Shown here piece after piece: positions 49,387-61,049 of a stretch of DNA of 64,000 bases. The DNA is taken from positions 512,001 to 576,000 of the forward strand of contig OZ245056.1 in assembly GCA_965224705.1 (NCBI GenBank), read 5' to 3'. Source of the stretch: Spirochaetaceae bacterium. Lineage in GTDB: Bacteria > Spirochaetota > Spirochaetia > DSM-2461. The notes beneath the pieces were generated by a model. The model saw nothing but the letters and a program-made list of their open reading frames with translations. It did not search any database and had not been told where the DNA came from. Within the stretch, counting starts at the first letter, position 1. Each line of letters begins with the position of its first letter. The translations under genes were made by a program, and so were the position numbers.

Positions 49387-51423
49387 ATGGAAAAATTAAA
49401 AATGCACAGCCCTAACTTTGCAGAAGAAAATATCGCAAAGCTGGCGGAGCTGTTCCCAAACTGCGTTACTGAAAAAGAAGAAACCGCGAAAGACGCGAAT
49501 GAACGCGAAAAGATGGTTTTGAAAAGAACCATTGATTGGGATTTGCTCAAACAAGAGTTGTCCAACGACATTGTTGAAGGGCCACAGGAGCGCTACCACC
49601 TGAACTGGCCCGGCAAACGGAAAGCACTGCTTACGGCCAATGCGCCCATTGCCAAGACGCTCCGCCCTTGCCGCGAAAAGAGTGTGGATTTCGACACCAC
49701 CGAAAACCTCTTTATTGAAGGGGATAATCTCGATGCCCTGAAACTTCTACAGGAAACCTATCTCGGCAAAGTAAAGATGATCTATATCGATCCGCCGTAT
49801 AACACTGGTAAGGATTTTATCTACGCTGACAACTTTGCAAAATCCACGGAAGAATACTTGCTGGATTCCAGGCAAAAAGATGAAGAAGGTAACCGTCTCA
49901 TTGCCAATACTGACTCCAATGGCCGCTTCCATTCAGACTGGCTGAGCATGATGTATCCACGGCTTAAATTGGCCAGAAACCTGCTCAAAGATGATGGAGT
50001 GATTTTTATTAGTATTGATGAAAATGAAATTGGGAATATTGAAAAAGTTGTCACAGAAATCTTTGGCTCCGAAAATTTTCTTGGAAGTTTTCCTGTAGTA
50101 ATGAACTTAAAAGGAAACCAAGATTCCTTTGGTTTCGCTGAGACTCATGAATATGTTGTTATCGCCTCAAAAAACAAAATACTCTGTAGTTTTAATCATT
50201 TTCCGATTGATGATGAGGAATTTAACAAAGCATGGTTTTCTGATGAATATGGGCCTTATAAAGAAGCGGATAATTTAAGGGCTACCGGTGTAAATGCACC
50301 GAGAGAAAAGAGACCAAACTTATGGTACCCAATTTTCTTAGATGAGAGTAAATTGGAATACTATGCAACAGATGACGATAAGCCTAAAGATAGTGCTCAT
50401 ACAAAAGTTTTGCCAATCAGCCCCAATGGTGAGGAACTAAGTTGGTACTGGAGTAAAAACAATTTGAATCAAAACAAACACAATCTTATCTTAAAGAAGA
50501 CATCAAACGGTTGGCAGTTTTACAAAAAACAACGACCTCAAATTGGTGATTTACCAAGCAAAAAACCAAAATCATTTTTTTACAAACCTGAGTATAGTAC
50601 AAGTACGGCAACAACCCACCTTAAAGTATTGCTTGAGTGCAAATTGTTTAATGGCCCTAAACCAGTACCATTCCTTAAAGACTTGGCTATTATTGGAACA
50701 AATGATAAAGACATCATCCTAGACTTCTTCGCTGGCTCCGCCACAACCACCCATGCAGTGATGCAGCTCAATGCCGAAGACGGAGGCAAGCGTAAGTTCA
50801 TCATGGTTCAGCTCGCCGAAGCCTGTGATGAAAAATCCGAGGCATTCAAAGCAGGCTATAAAACCATCGCCGAAATCAGCAAGGAACGTATCCGCCGTGC
50901 CGGGAAACAATTGACAATGAAAGGTGAAAACCATTCTCAATTATCAACTGTCAATTCTCCATTGGATATTGGTTTCCGCATCCTCAAGGTCGACTCCTCC
51001 AATATGGCCGATGTGTACTATACACCGGATGCCGTTGAACAAAAAGAACTCCCATTTTCTACCGATAACATCAAAGACGACCGCAGTTCCGAAGACCTGC
51101 TCTTCCAGGTATTATTGGACTGGGGAGTTGATTTAACTTTGCCGATTTCTCGCGAAATCATCAAAGTTAAGAAGGATGAAAAAGACGAAAGCAAAGATTC
51201 ATCCTTTCAAAAATACGAAGTATTCTTCGTGGATGGCAATGCACTGGCGGCCTGTTTCGAAAAAAGCGGCAGGATCACCGAGAATTTTTGCAAAGAACTC
51301 GCCGGGCGGCAGCCGTTGCGTGTTGTCTTCCGGGACTCCGGCTTTAAGGACGACAGTGCCAAAATAAATGTAGAGCAGATATTCAAACTAATGAGTCCGC
51401 ATACGGATGTGAAAACAATTTGA
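49387..51423 (+). CDS. mod: Type III R-M methyltransferase Mod
   Basis: IEGDNL, IYIDPPYNTG, HSDWLSMMYPRL, LDFFAGSATT. Confidence 0.93.
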   Translation: MEKLKMHSPNFAEENIAKLAELFPNCVTEKEETAKDANEREKMVLKRTIDWDLLKQELSNDIVEGPQERYHLNWPGKRKALLTANAPIAKTLRPCREKSVDFDTTENLFIEGDNLDALKLLQETYLGKVKMIYIDPPYNTGKDFIYADNFAKSTEEYLLDSRQKDEEGNRLIANTDSNGRFHSDWLSMMYPRLKLARNLLKDDGVIFISIDENEIGNIEKVVTEIFGSENFLGSFPVVMNLKGNQDSFGFAETHEYVVIASKNKILCSFNHFPIDDEEFNKAWFSDEYGPYKEADNLRATGVNAPREKRPNLWYPIFLDESKLEYYATDDDKPKDSAHTKVLPISPNGEELSWYWSKNNLNQNKHNLILKKTSNGWQFYKKQRPQIGDLPSKKPKSFFYKPEYSTSTATTHLKVLLECKLFNGPKPVPFLKDLAIIGTNDKDIILDFFAGSATTTHAVMQLNAEDGGKRKFIMVQLAEACDEKSEAFKAGYKTIAEISKERIRRAGKQLTMKGENHSQLSTVNSPLDIGFRILKVDSSNMADVYYTPDAVEQKELPFSTDNIKDDRSSEDLLFQVLLDWGVDLTLPISREIIKVKKDEKDESKDSSFQKYEVFFVDGNALAACFEKSGRITENFCKELAGRQPLRVVFRDSGFKDDSAKINVEQIFKLMSPHTDVKTI

Positions 51424-51437
51424 GGAAAGCTTTTAAA

Positions 51438-52898
51438 ATGAAGGATAAAAACACCCTAATCGATTTACTAAAAGAGTTGCGCAGTTTGCCGAATGAGTGC
51501 GAATGGGCTGAGTTCAAACAGAATAATGCCAAACCTGAACAAATTGGTGAATATATTTCAGCTTTGGCAAATGGTGCGGCGCTTAACGGCAAAGCCAATG
51601 CCTATATGCTTTGGGGTGTAGAAGACAGCAATCACGATGTGGTTGGGACTACATTTTCTCCAGCATCAGAAGAAATTGGCGGTGAGGAGTTGGAAAGCTG
51701 GTTACTGCGCCTCTTAACTCCAAAAATCAATTTCAGATTTTACACAATTCCTTTCGATGATAATGTCGTAGTTTTACTAGAGATCGGAGCAGCTTTTCAA
51801 CACCCTGTTCAATTCAAGAATATCGAATATCTTCGTATAGGGTCCTATAAGAAAAAGTTAAAAGACTACCCAGAAAAAGAGCGGGAACTTTGGCGGATAT
51901 TTGATCGTGTTCCTTTCGAAAAAGAGATCGCTTTAGAAAATATTTCTTCGGAACAGGTTCTGAAGTTATTAGATTATCCCGCCTATTTTGACTTGCTTTC
52001 ACTTCCTTTGCCCGAAAAGCATCAGGGTATTTTGGATGCTCTTGAGTCTGAAGCGATGATTTGTAAAGGATTGGCTGGTAAATGGAACATCAATAATCTG
52101 GGAGCCGTTCTTTTTGCACGCAAACTCAGTGATTTCAATAGTCTTCGTCGTAAAGCCATTCGTGTTATCCTATATAAAGGTGAAACTCGAGTTGAAACGA
52201 TTCGAGAACAAGAAGGTGTTAAAGGGTTAGCTGTTGGTTTTGAAGGTTTGATTGAATATATACAGAATCTGCTTCCAAGTAACGAAGTAATCGGCCAATC
52301 GCTGCGCAAAGAAGTTTCCATGTTTCCTGAACTGGCAATCCGTGAGTTGCTTGCCAATGCTATTATTCACCAAGACTTCCACATCACAGGCACTGCCCCT
52401 ATGGTGGAAATATTTTCAAGCCGAATGGAAATTACCAATCCTGGGTTGCCCTTGGTTAACACAGAACGATTCCTGGATAGTCCACCGAGATCCCGCAATG
52501 AAGCCATAGCCTCTTTTATGCGACGTGTCGGTGTGTGTGAAGAACGTGGCAGTGGTATCGATAAAGTTGTTTCCGAAACAGAACGCTACCAATTGCCAGC
52601 ACCTATTTTTGAACAGACACAAGAACATATACGCGTTGTGTTATTTGCTCATAGAGAATTCAGAAATATGGACAAGCAGGATAGAATTCGAGCCTGCTAC
52701 CTTCATGCTTGTTTGCGATATGTACAACGAGATTACATGACGAATAGTACACTGCGTGAGCGTTTTGGCATTGAAGAAAAAAACAGCTCAATGGCTTCCA
52801 GGGTTATTAAAGATGCAATAGATGCTAATGCTATCGTGCCCTATGGCAGCCAAGCTTCGCGGAAATTTATGAAATACGTACCATGGTGGACTCAATGA
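51438..52898 (+). CDS. AlbA_2 (Schlafen-like) + RecG-C/HATPase domain protein
   Basis: EWAEFK, ISALAN, WGVED, RELLANAIIH, EITNPG, ERGSG. Confidence 0.85.
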   Translation: MKDKNTLIDLLKELRSLPNECEWAEFKQNNAKPEQIGEYISALANGAALNGKANAYMLWGVEDSNHDVVGTTFSPASEEIGGEELESWLLRLLTPKINFRFYTIPFDDNVVVLLEIGAAFQHPVQFKNIEYLRIGSYKKKLKDYPEKERELWRIFDRVPFEKEIALENISSEQVLKLLDYPAYFDLLSLPLPEKHQGILDALESEAMICKGLAGKWNINNLGAVLFARKLSDFNSLRRKAIRVILYKGETRVETIREQEGVKGLAVGFEGLIEYIQNLLPSNEVIGQSLRKEVSMFPELAIRELLANAIIHQDFHITGTAPMVEIFSSRMEITNPGLPLVNTERFLDSPPRSRNEAIASFMRRVGVCEERGSGIDKVVSETERYQLPAPIFEQTQEHIRVVLFAHREFRNMDKQDRIRACYLHACLRYVQRDYMTNSTLRERFGIEEKNSSMASRVIKDAIDANAIVPYGSQASRKFMKYVPWWTQ

Positions 52899-53226
52899 TA
52901 CTTTTATTTGACGGCTATTTGACTGAGAATGAGTACTCAAGGACCTCATCTCCATGTAAAGCATTGTTTATGAGATATTTAAGTATTGTGGCTTTCTTTG
53001 ACTGTTGTTTGACTGAAGCAACGAAACTCCTCCTGTTATTAAAATTTAACTCTTTGAATAGTAGATATTTATCCTTTGATTTTTTATTTGACCGTTGTTT
53101 GACTGGAATCAGTTTAATTCAAAGGCGACCTTCGTTGATTTCGGCCAAGACACGCTCATGTTTTTCGTACCTTCCGTGGTTAAAAAATCATTCTGTTTGT
53201 TCAGTGGTTATAAATGGTGGCATTGT

Positions 53227-56200
53227 ATGAAGTTAAAATTTAAAAAACAGCCCTACCAGACACGAGCCGTTGAATCGGTAGTCGATTGCTTTAAGGGCCA
53301 GCCAAATACACCCGATATCAGTTATCGGATTGACCCGGGTGTATCAAAGACGGAGAAAACTTATTTGGCTGAAGATCAACTGAGTATGGGATATGATTTT
53401 CATGAATCCGGCTTTAGAAATGGCGATATTTTTCTCACCGAACAGCAACTTCTTGAAAATATTCAGAAAGCCCAGCGTCTTCAGAATCTGCCGCAATCAG
53501 CCAGCCTTATCAAAACCAAGGTGTCATCGTTAAACCTTGACGTGGAGATGGAGACCGGAACCGGAAAGACTTACTGCTACATAAAAACCATCTTTGAGAT
53601 GAACAAGCGCTTCGGCTGGACAAAGTTTATTATCGTGGTGCCCAGTATCGCCATCCGGGAAGGTGTTTATAAATCATTGGAGATTACAGCAGAACACTTT
53701 CAGGAAACTTACGCCAAGAAAGCCAGGTTTTTCATCTATAACTCCAAACAGCTTCACAACCTTGAGAGCTTTTCTTCAGATGCCGGAATCAACGTTATGG
53801 TTATCAACGTTCAGGCGTTTAATGCCCGGGGCAAAGATAACCGTCGAATCTATGAAGAGTTGGATGACTTCCAAAGCCGCCGCCCCATTGATGTGATTAA
53901 GGCGAATCGCCCGATTCTGATTCTCGACGAACCGCAGAAGATGGAAGGCGCAAAGACGCTGGACTCACTCAAGGAATTTAATCCGCTATTTATCCTGCGT
54001 TATTCGGCTACACATAAAACCCAGCATAACAAGGTTCACAGGCTGGATGCACTGGATGCCTACAATCAGAAGCTGGTTAAAAAGATAGCTGTCCGGGGTA
54101 TCTCCGTAAAAGGGCTCTCCGGCACCAACGCCTATCTCTATCTTGAATCCATTGAAGTGTCGAAGCAGATGCCGGTGGCCCGAATAGAAATTGAGGTCAA
54201 GCAGAACAGCGGAATCAAGAGAATAATCCGCAAGCTGAAAAAAGGCGACAATCTCTACGACCTATCCGACGATCTGGATCAATACAAGGGCTTTGTGATT
54301 GCGGATATCAATGCCATTACTGATACCGTTGAATTCACCAATGGCCTCGGGCTGCAGGCCGGAGAAGCAACCGGTGATGTGAATGAAACAGCTCTCCGGC
54401 GCATCCAGATACGCGAAGCCATAAAAGCCCATTTTGAAAAGGAACAGGTCCTCTATTATCAGGGCATTAAAGTACTGACTCTTTTCTTTATCGATGAAGT
54501 CGCCAGGTATCGGATTTATACCGATGCCGGAGAAGAAGGCGGCGAATATGCCCAAATATTTGAAGAGGAATACAAGGATGCCTGGAATGAGCTGAAGCAG
54601 GATATGTTTATGCACGAAGGCTACAAAAAGCATCTGGACAGCATTCCTGTAGATCAAACTCACAACGGTTATTTTTCCATAGACAAGAAAAGCAAACGCA
54701 TGGTCGATCCGGCCACCGGCAAAAAATCGACTGAAGCGGATGATGCCGATGCCTACGACCTGATTCTTAAAGACAAAGAGCGTCTTCTCTCATTCGATGA
54801 ACCAACCCGCTTTATCTTCTCCCACTCTGCTCTCCGTGAAGGTTGGGACAACCCGAATGTGTTCGTTATCTGCACCTTGAAACACAGTGATAGTACCATT
54901 TCACGCCGACAGGAAGTCGGTCGTGGGTTGCGTATCGCCGTTAATCAGTTTGGGGATCGTCAGGATGATCCGGCAACTGTTCATCAGACAAATGTACTGA
55001 CAGTCGTGGCCAGTGAAAGCTACAAGGACTTTGTGACCGCTTTGCAACGCGATATCAGTGAATCACTCTCTGAGCGTCCACGAGTTGCGGATGTAAAATA
55101 CTTCACGGGAAAGGTTCTGCAGACAGCCGACGGCACAATTGAAGTGACGGAGGACATGGCAGAAGGAATTGAATTCTATCTGATACAAAATGGTTATGTT
55201 GATCGTGAGAGAAACATTGTTCAGAAGTACCATGATGAGCTTAAAAATGGAGAACTTTCTGATTTGCCGGAAGATTTATTACCGTTCAAGGAACAGGTCT
55301 TCCAACTGATTGATAGCGTCTACAGTGATGCCAAGCTACCGGAGGTTGAAAATGATCGCGGAGCAAAGACAAATCCTCTAAACGTCAATTTTGAAAAGAA
55401 AGAGTTCAAAGAACTCTGGAATCGGATCAATCGAAAAGCGGCTTACAGTGTGCATTTTGATAGTACTGAGCTGGTAGGGAAATGCATTCAGACGTTCAAT
55501 AAGGAACTGCGGGTTATGCCGCTTCAATACACCGTGCAGCGAGGTGAGCAAGCTGATGGCATTAGCTATGATCTGATGAAGTCAGGGGATAGTTTTGATA
55601 TAAAGGAAACCTCTACCGAATACACTGCCCACTCAATTCACTCAGCAGTGAAATACGACCTGATCGGCAAGATAGCTGAAAACGTGCAGTTAACCAGACG
55701 AACTGTTACTGAGATTTTATTAGGACTGGGAAAGCCGGTATTTGCCCAGTTTAATACCAACCCGGAGAGCTTCATCTCTGAAGCCGCGCGCCTAATTCAG
55801 GAACAGAAAGCCGCATGTATCACCGAGCACCTGAGTTACGATGCTGTATCCGAAACTCATGACATTGATATCTTCACCAACGGGCAAAGCAAACAGGATT
55901 TCAGCAAAGCCGGAGACCCGCTTAAACGTCACATTTATGATTACGTCGTAACCGATTCAGATACTGAACGCACCTTTGTTCAGGAGCTTGATACCAGTTC
56001 GGAAGTGGTTGTGTACGCCAAGTTACCTAAAGGATTTTCCATACCCACGCCGGTTGGAAACTACAATCCCGACTGGGCTATCTCCTTTAAAGAAGCTTCC
56101 ATTAAGCATGTTTACTTTGTTGCCGAAACCAAAGGTTCCATGTCCAGCTTGGAATTCCGGGAAATCGAAAAAACAAAGATTGAATGCGCCCGCAAGTTCT

Positions 56201-56319
56201 TTGATGAAATCAACCGCAAGATAAATCCGGACAATGTGAGATACGATGTGGTGAGCAGCTTTGGAAAACTCATGGAGATTGTCGGACCCGGAACATCCGC
56301 ATTTCATTGGGGTGGATGA
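53227..56319 (+). CDS. res: Type III restriction endonuclease Res
   Basis: [45 protein letters not shown]. Confidence 0.93.
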   Translation: MKLKFKKQPYQTRAVESVVDCFKGQPNTPDISYRIDPGVSKTEKTYLAEDQLSMGYDFHESGFRNGDIFLTEQQLLENIQKAQRLQNLPQSASLIKTKVSSLNLDVEMETGTGKTYCYIKTIFEMNKRFGWTKFIIVVPSIAIREGVYKSLEITAEHFQETYAKKARFFIYNSKQLHNLESFSSDAGINVMVINVQAFNARGKDNRRIYEELDDFQSRRPIDVIKANRPILILDEPQKMEGAKTLDSLKEFNPLFILRYSATHKTQHNKVHRLDALDAYNQKLVKKIAVRGISVKGLSGTNAYLYLESIEVSKQMPVARIEIEVKQNSGIKRIIRKLKKGDNLYDLSDDLDQYKGFVIADINAITDTVEFTNGLGLQAGEATGDVNETALRRIQIREAIKAHFEKEQVLYYQGIKVLTLFFIDEVARYRIYTDAGEEGGEYAQIFEEEYKDAWNELKQDMFMHEGYKKHLDSIPVDQTHNGYFSIDKKSKRMVDPATGKKSTEADDADAYDLILKDKERLLSFDEPTRFIFSHSALREGWDNPNVFVICTLKHSDSTISRRQEVGRGLRIAVNQFGDRQDDPATVHQTNVLTVVASESYKDFVTALQRDISESLSERPRVADVKYFTGKVLQTADGTIEVTEDMAEGIEFYLIQNGYVDRERNIVQKYHDELKNGELSDLPEDLLPFKEQVFQLIDSVYSDAKLPEVENDRGAKTNPLNVNFEKKEFKELWNRINRKAAYSVHFDSTELVGKCIQTFNKELRVMPLQYTVQRGEQADGISYDLMKSGDSFDIKETSTEYTAHSIHSAVKYDLIGKIAENVQLTRRTVTEILLGLGKPVFAQFNTNPESFISEAARLIQEQKAACITEHLSYDAVSETHDIDIFTNGQSKQDFSKAGDPLKRHIYDYVVTDSDTERTFVQELDTSSEVVVYAKLPKGFSIPTPVGNYNPDWAISFKEASIKHVYFVAETKGSMSSLEFREIEKTKIECARKFFDEINRKINPDNVRYDVVSSFGKLMEIVGPGTSAFHWGG

Positions 56320-56447
56320 TTTTTTAGCTTGGAGAATTTCTAAAAATTTCCATTGACTCTATCTGTTTCATGAGACACAGTATAATCGTGGCATTGTTTT
56401 TGTAAGAAGCTGCGATGATTATGAAATTTTAAAATGAGGAGTGTTCT

Positions 56448-57398
56448 ATGAATATCAAAGGAAGTATTGATAAGATTCCTGGTGGCATGATGGTTGTTCC
56501 TCTTCTAATTGGGGCGTTAATTAATACGTTTTTCCCTGAAGCACTGGAAATTGGAGGCTTTACAACCGCACTTTTTAAAAAGGGTGCAGGAGCTTTAATA
56601 GGAGCCTTCCTGCTCTGTATGGGTGCAGGACTAAGCTTCAGGGCTGCACCAAAGGCTTTAGTGCGCGGCGGAGCCATTACCTTCACCAAGTTTTTAATAG
56701 GTTTTCTTATCGGCATATTGATAGCCAAAGTTACAAAAAATGGGCTGTTCGGTTTATCAGCTCTTGCTATTATCGCTGCAATGACCAATACCAACGGCGG
56801 ACTATATGCTGCTCTGGTTGGAGAATTTGGTGATGAAACAGATATCGGAGCAATCTCAGTTATTTCGATTAATGACGGTCCTTTCTTAACAATGATAGCC
56901 CTGGGATCGGCAGGTCTGGCATCAATCCCCTTTATGACTCTTGTTGCTGTAATCGTTCCTATTCTGGTGGGGATGCTGCTTGGTAATCTTGATGACAAAA
57001 TGAAAGATTTCCTGACAAAAGGTGGTCCGGTACTGATTCCTTTTTTTGCCTTTGCTCTTGGAGCCGGTCTTGATTTTGCAACTATATTAAAAGCTGGTGT
57101 TCCAGGGATTATCCTGGGCTTAATGACTACCTTTATTGGAGGTTTCTTTAACGTCCTGGCAGATAAGGTAACAGGAGGAACAGGTGTTGCCGGAGCTTCA
57201 GCGTCCAGTACTGCCGGTAATGCGGTGGGGACACCTGCGGCAGTCGCATTGGCAGATCCAACCATGTCGGCAATTGCTTCTGTTGCAACAGCTCAAGTTG
57301 CAGCTGCAACCATTACAACAGCAATCTGTACTCCAATTTTGACAACGATTGTCCGAAAACGGCAGGCCAAAAAATCTTTAAACGGCATAGCTGAATGA
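56448..57398 (+). CDS. kdgT: 2-keto-3-deoxygluconate permease family
   Basis: [31 protein letters not shown]. Confidence 0.9.
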   Translation: MNIKGSIDKIPGGMMVVPLLIGALINTFFPEALEIGGFTTALFKKGAGALIGAFLLCMGAGLSFRAAPKALVRGGAITFTKFLIGFLIGILIAKVTKNGLFGLSALAIIAAMTNTNGGLYAALVGEFGDETDIGAISVISINDGPFLTMIALGSAGLASIPFMTLVAVIVPILVGMLLGNLDDKMKDFLTKGGPVLIPFFAFALGAGLDFATILKAGVPGIILGLMTTFIGGFFNVLADKVTGGTGVAGASASSTAGNAVGTPAAVALADPTMSAIASVATAQVAAATITTAICTPILTTIVRKRQAKKSLNGIAE

Positions 57399-58675
57399 AG
57401 CTTGCTCTGGTTGCTGATGATTTTACTGGCGCAAATGATACAGGTGCCAAGTTAGGAAAATTGGGAATTAAAACACTGGTTACTACTAACTTGCATCTTG
57501 CTGACGAATTGATTGACTATCAGGCACTGGTGTTTGATTCAGAAAGCCGCTTTATCGCTCAAAATGAAGCATATGACAGGGTATATAAACTGTGCAGGAG
57601 CATCAGACAGAAATCTGATACTCCTGTCTATAAAAAGGTGGACTCAACTTTCAGGGGAAATCCGGGCCCGGAAATTCTGGGATGCCTGGATGGCCTGAAT
57701 CTAAAAACAGCCATTGTTGCAGCAGCTCTGCCCTCACAGGGCAGGGTTACCAGACAGGGTACGGTCTATGTTAATGGAGTAAGGCTGGAAGAGACGGAGG
57801 TCAGAAATGACCCTGTGACTCCAGTAAAGGATTCCCATATCCCAAAAATTCTGAATAAAGACAATACAAAAACAAGCTGTGTTATTGATAAATCATCACA
57901 TGAAGAAAGCTTCAGGGATCCGCACAAATTAAAAAAGATACTTGAGCAGGAAGTTCAGAAAGAAACAACCTTTGTGGTTGTTGACGGAGAGTCAGAGGAA
58001 GACTTGATCGTAACGGCCAAAGCCATAGAACTGCTGGATTCACCCGTCATGGCAGCAGGAACTGCTGGATTAGCGGAGTACTTCAGCCTGCTTTACGGTT
58101 GGTTTGAAAAAAAACAGCATATATCTATTATTGCAAGTGCCAGCCAGGTAACCAGGAAACAGGTGGAATATGCAAAAAACACTATGTCTCTGGTAGACGC
58201 AGCCGTTTATATTCCAGATTTACTATCTGATGATGGTTTAAAAATGTGTTTCTCACATGTAGAAGAAGCAAAAAAGTTGAATCAGCCTGTCATAATCAGA
58301 ACCATGAGTAATCATGATGAAAGGGGATCTGCAGATGATTATGGCAGGAAAATAGGTCTAAGCTCACTTGAACTGAGCAATGCGATAACGAGACGGCTTG
58401 GAGAATTTTTCGTCGCTTATCTGGAGAAGCATATTACTGACATCGGTAGTCTTCTCTTATCCGGCGGTGATACGGTAATCAAAATGGTAGAAGCAATTTC
58501 AGCAAGCGGAATGGAACTAAAAGGGGAAGTATTACCCGGGATCCCATATGGTTTTTTCCATCACAAAAAGTATGATGGTTTCCCGGTAATTACGAAAGCC
58601 GGTGGGTTTGGATCAGAAAAAGATGTTGCGACTGTTCTAAAACTATTGAATATGGGTCTGCTTCAAAAAGTATGA
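57395..58675 (+). CDS. Four-carbon acid sugar kinase (DUF1537, DtnK-like)
   Basis: [32 protein letters not shown]. Confidence 0.9.
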   Translation: MKLALVADDFTGANDTGAKLGKLGIKTLVTTNLHLADELIDYQALVFDSESRFIAQNEAYDRVYKLCRSIRQKSDTPVYKKVDSTFRGNPGPEILGCLDGLNLKTAIVAAALPSQGRVTRQGTVYVNGVRLEETEVRNDPVTPVKDSHIPKILNKDNTKTSCVIDKSSHEESFRDPHKLKKILEQEVQKETTFVVVDGESEEDLIVTAKAIELLDSPVMAAGTAGLAEYFSLLYGWFEKKQHISIIASASQVTRKQVEYAKNTMSLVDAAVYIPDLLSDDGLKMCFSHVEEAKKLNQPVIIRTMSNHDERGSADDYGRKIGLSSLELSNAITRRLGEFFVAYLEKHITDIGSLLLSGGDTVIKMVEAISASGMELKGEVLPGIPYGFFHHKKYDGFPVITKAGGFGSEKDVATVLKLLNMGLLQKV

Positions 58676-59658
58676 ATTTAATCGCCGTTACTCAAGGGGA
58701 TCCTTCCGGTGTTGGCCCGGAAGTCATCTTAAAAAGCTTCCTGAAAGATAGTATTCGCTCATTACCGTTGATTGTTATTGGCGATCTGACCGTAATGGAG
58801 TATTACAAAAAACTCACAAAAATATCGGGTTTCAATATAAAAGGAATATCTTTTCCTGATGAGTATAAGTTTGACAAAGAGACATTGACAGTGTTAGACT
58901 TGGGAATTGTATCCAGGGATAGTATTAAACCTGGTAAGGGCAGCGGAGAGTCAGGAAAATCAGCTTTTCAATATATCAGCAAGGCAATTGATTCAGCTGC
59001 GCAAAAAAAGATATCTGCAATTGTTACTGCACCCATAAACAAAGAGGCTTTACAGGATGCTGGTTATAAATACTCCGGCCACACAGAGATATTTGCCCAT
59101 AAAACCAGTTCTTCAAATTATGCCATGCTTCTCTATTCGCCAGATCTTTCGGTCATTCATGCAACCACTCATGTTTCACTATCACAGGCCGTTAAGAACA
59201 TCAGCAAGGAAAGGATTGAGTGTTGCATTCAACTGGCTCATGACAGTATGGCAAAAATATCCGGGAAAGAAAATCCTCGTATAGCCGTAGCAGGCTTAAA
59301 TCCTCATGCAGGAGAGAATGGACTGTTTGGTGACGAAGAGGTTCGTATAATAAAACCTGCTGTACTGAATTTTCAGGATAAAGGTATTAATGTGTCTGGA
59401 CCGATTCCACCAGATACGGTGTTCCTTAAGGCATTGAACGGAGATTATGATATTGTTGTGGCCATGTATCATGACCAGGGACATATCCCGTTTAAAATGG
59501 TTGCCTTTGATAATGGAGTGAATATTACTGTTGGGATGCCGGTAATTAGAACATCTGTTGATCATGGAACAGCTTTTGATATCGCAGGAAAAGGAATCGC
59601 TAAGGAGCAAAGTATGGTAGAGGCCATACTTCTTGCTTCCAGATTGAGTCAGTCATAA
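58672..59658 (+). CDS. pdxA: PdxA-family dehydrogenase (PdxA2-like by context)
   Basis: GDPSGVGPE, TAPINKE, GHTE, LNPHAGE, MYHDQG, RTSVDHGTAFDIAG. Confidence 0.92.
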   Translation: MNLIAVTQGDPSGVGPEVILKSFLKDSIRSLPLIVIGDLTVMEYYKKLTKISGFNIKGISFPDEYKFDKETLTVLDLGIVSRDSIKPGKGSGESGKSAFQYISKAIDSAAQKKISAIVTAPINKEALQDAGYKYSGHTEIFAHKTSSSNYAMLLYSPDLSVIHATTHVSLSQAVKNISKERIECCIQLAHDSMAKISGKENPRIAVAGLNPHAGENGLFGDEEVRIIKPAVLNFQDKGINVSGPIPPDTVFLKALNGDYDIVVAMYHDQGHIPFKMVAFDNGVNITVGMPVIRTSVDHGTAFDIAGKGIAKEQSMVEAILLASRLSQS

Positions 59659-59899
59659 TGCTGTTTTCTACCTGAAAAAATCCTGAGTGACTTTTATCAA
59701 ATCATAACTGCGAACAGTATAAGAACAACTATACCAGATGGAAGACTTCACCTTACCCAGGTACAATGCAAGCAGACATCTACAAGCTTTCTGACACTGC
59801 ATGAACCATAACGAATGTCTGAAATTTTTGCTTCCTGCACAGATATTCAATCCATTCATTTCACTTGATGAAGTTCAGCAATAAATGATCTAATACCAG

Positions 59900-59952
59900 G
59901 AGCCTGTCGGATTCACGCCTCACGCCTCAAAGCCTTAAAATCCGACAGACTC
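59900..59952 (+). mobile_element. Minimal MITE family A (ends only)
   Basis: GAGCCTGTCGGATT...AATCCGACAGACTC. Confidence 0.8.
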
Positions 59953-59975
59953 CTGGACTGAAAAAGGAATACCGA

Positions 59976-60944
59976 ATGTTTACTGATATTGAAGAGCTGA
60001 AAGCCATTCAGAGACGACTTGCACCCTTTGTCCACAACACGCCTGTTCTCACCTCTTCATCTTTTGATGAAGCGGCAGGCTGCAGGGCCTATTTCAAGTG
60101 TGAGAACTTCCAGCGAATGGGCGCTTTTAAGATGAGGGGGGCCATGAATGCTGTTCTTTCTCTCACAGATGACGAAAAAAGAAGAGGCGTCATTACCCAT
60201 TCTTCCGGAAACTTTGCCCAGGCCGTTGCTCTGTCTTCCCGGAATATGGGAATTCCTGCCACTGTGGTAATGCCAGGCAATGCCCCGGCCACAAAGAAAT
60301 CTGCTGTAGTCAGTTACGGAGCCACAATCATTAAGTGTGAACCAACGATGGAGTCTCGAATTTCAACTACAGAAAAGGAACAGAAAGAAACAGGAATGGT
60401 ATTCCTTCATCCTTCAGATCAAAAAGATGTAATTGATGGAAACAGTACCGCCTGCCTGGAACTGCTTCAGGAGAATCCAGCACTGGAAGCTGTCATAGCT
60501 CCTGTGGGCGGTGGAGGTTTACTGGCCGGAACAGCCCTGGCAGCCAGAGGTATAAATCCTCAAATTACTGTATTCGCCGGGGAACCATCCGGAGCCGACG
60601 ATGCTTTCAGGTCATTGAAGGCTGGCAGAATTCTCCCATCAATCAACCCTGTGACTATTGCTGATGGACTTAAAACCCAGCTTGGCAAATCAAATTTCCC
60701 AATTATTCAAAACCTGGTGGAAGAGATCATTCTTGTTGAAGAAGAGGAAATAATTGCTGCCATGAGATTTATCTGGGAAAGGATGAAAATTGTTGTTGAA
60801 CCTTCTTCGGCTGTAGCTCCGGCAGCAGTATTAAAAAGTCCACAACTTTTTCATGGTAAAAAGGTTGGAATAATCATCTCCGGTGGTAATGTTGATCTGG
60901 AGAATCTCCCCTTTCAGGGATCTGACCCGGCCCGCTCTGCGTGA
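59976..60944 (+). CDS. PLP-dependent serine/threonine dehydratase or racemase
   Basis: KCENFQRMGAFKMRGA, SSGN, PVGGGGL, SGGNVD. Confidence 0.9.
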   Translation: MFTDIEELKAIQRRLAPFVHNTPVLTSSSFDEAAGCRAYFKCENFQRMGAFKMRGAMNAVLSLTDDEKRRGVITHSSGNFAQAVALSSRNMGIPATVVMPGNAPATKKSAVVSYGATIIKCEPTMESRISTTEKEQKETGMVFLHPSDQKDVIDGNSTACLELLQENPALEAVIAPVGGGGLLAGTALAARGINPQITVFAGEPSGADDAFRSLKAGRILPSINPVTIADGLKTQLGKSNFPIIQNLVEEIILVEEEEIIAAMRFIWERMKIVVEPSSAVAPAAVLKSPQLFHGKKVGIIISGGNVDLENLPFQGSDPARSA

Positions 60945-61049
60945 GTTTTCTTATTACCTCTCCTTCCTATTCAACCCGTCGAGTATTCAAATAATTGTGC
61001 TGTGAGTCATCTTCAAGCTTCCTGACACCGCAATGCCGTAATCTAAACA

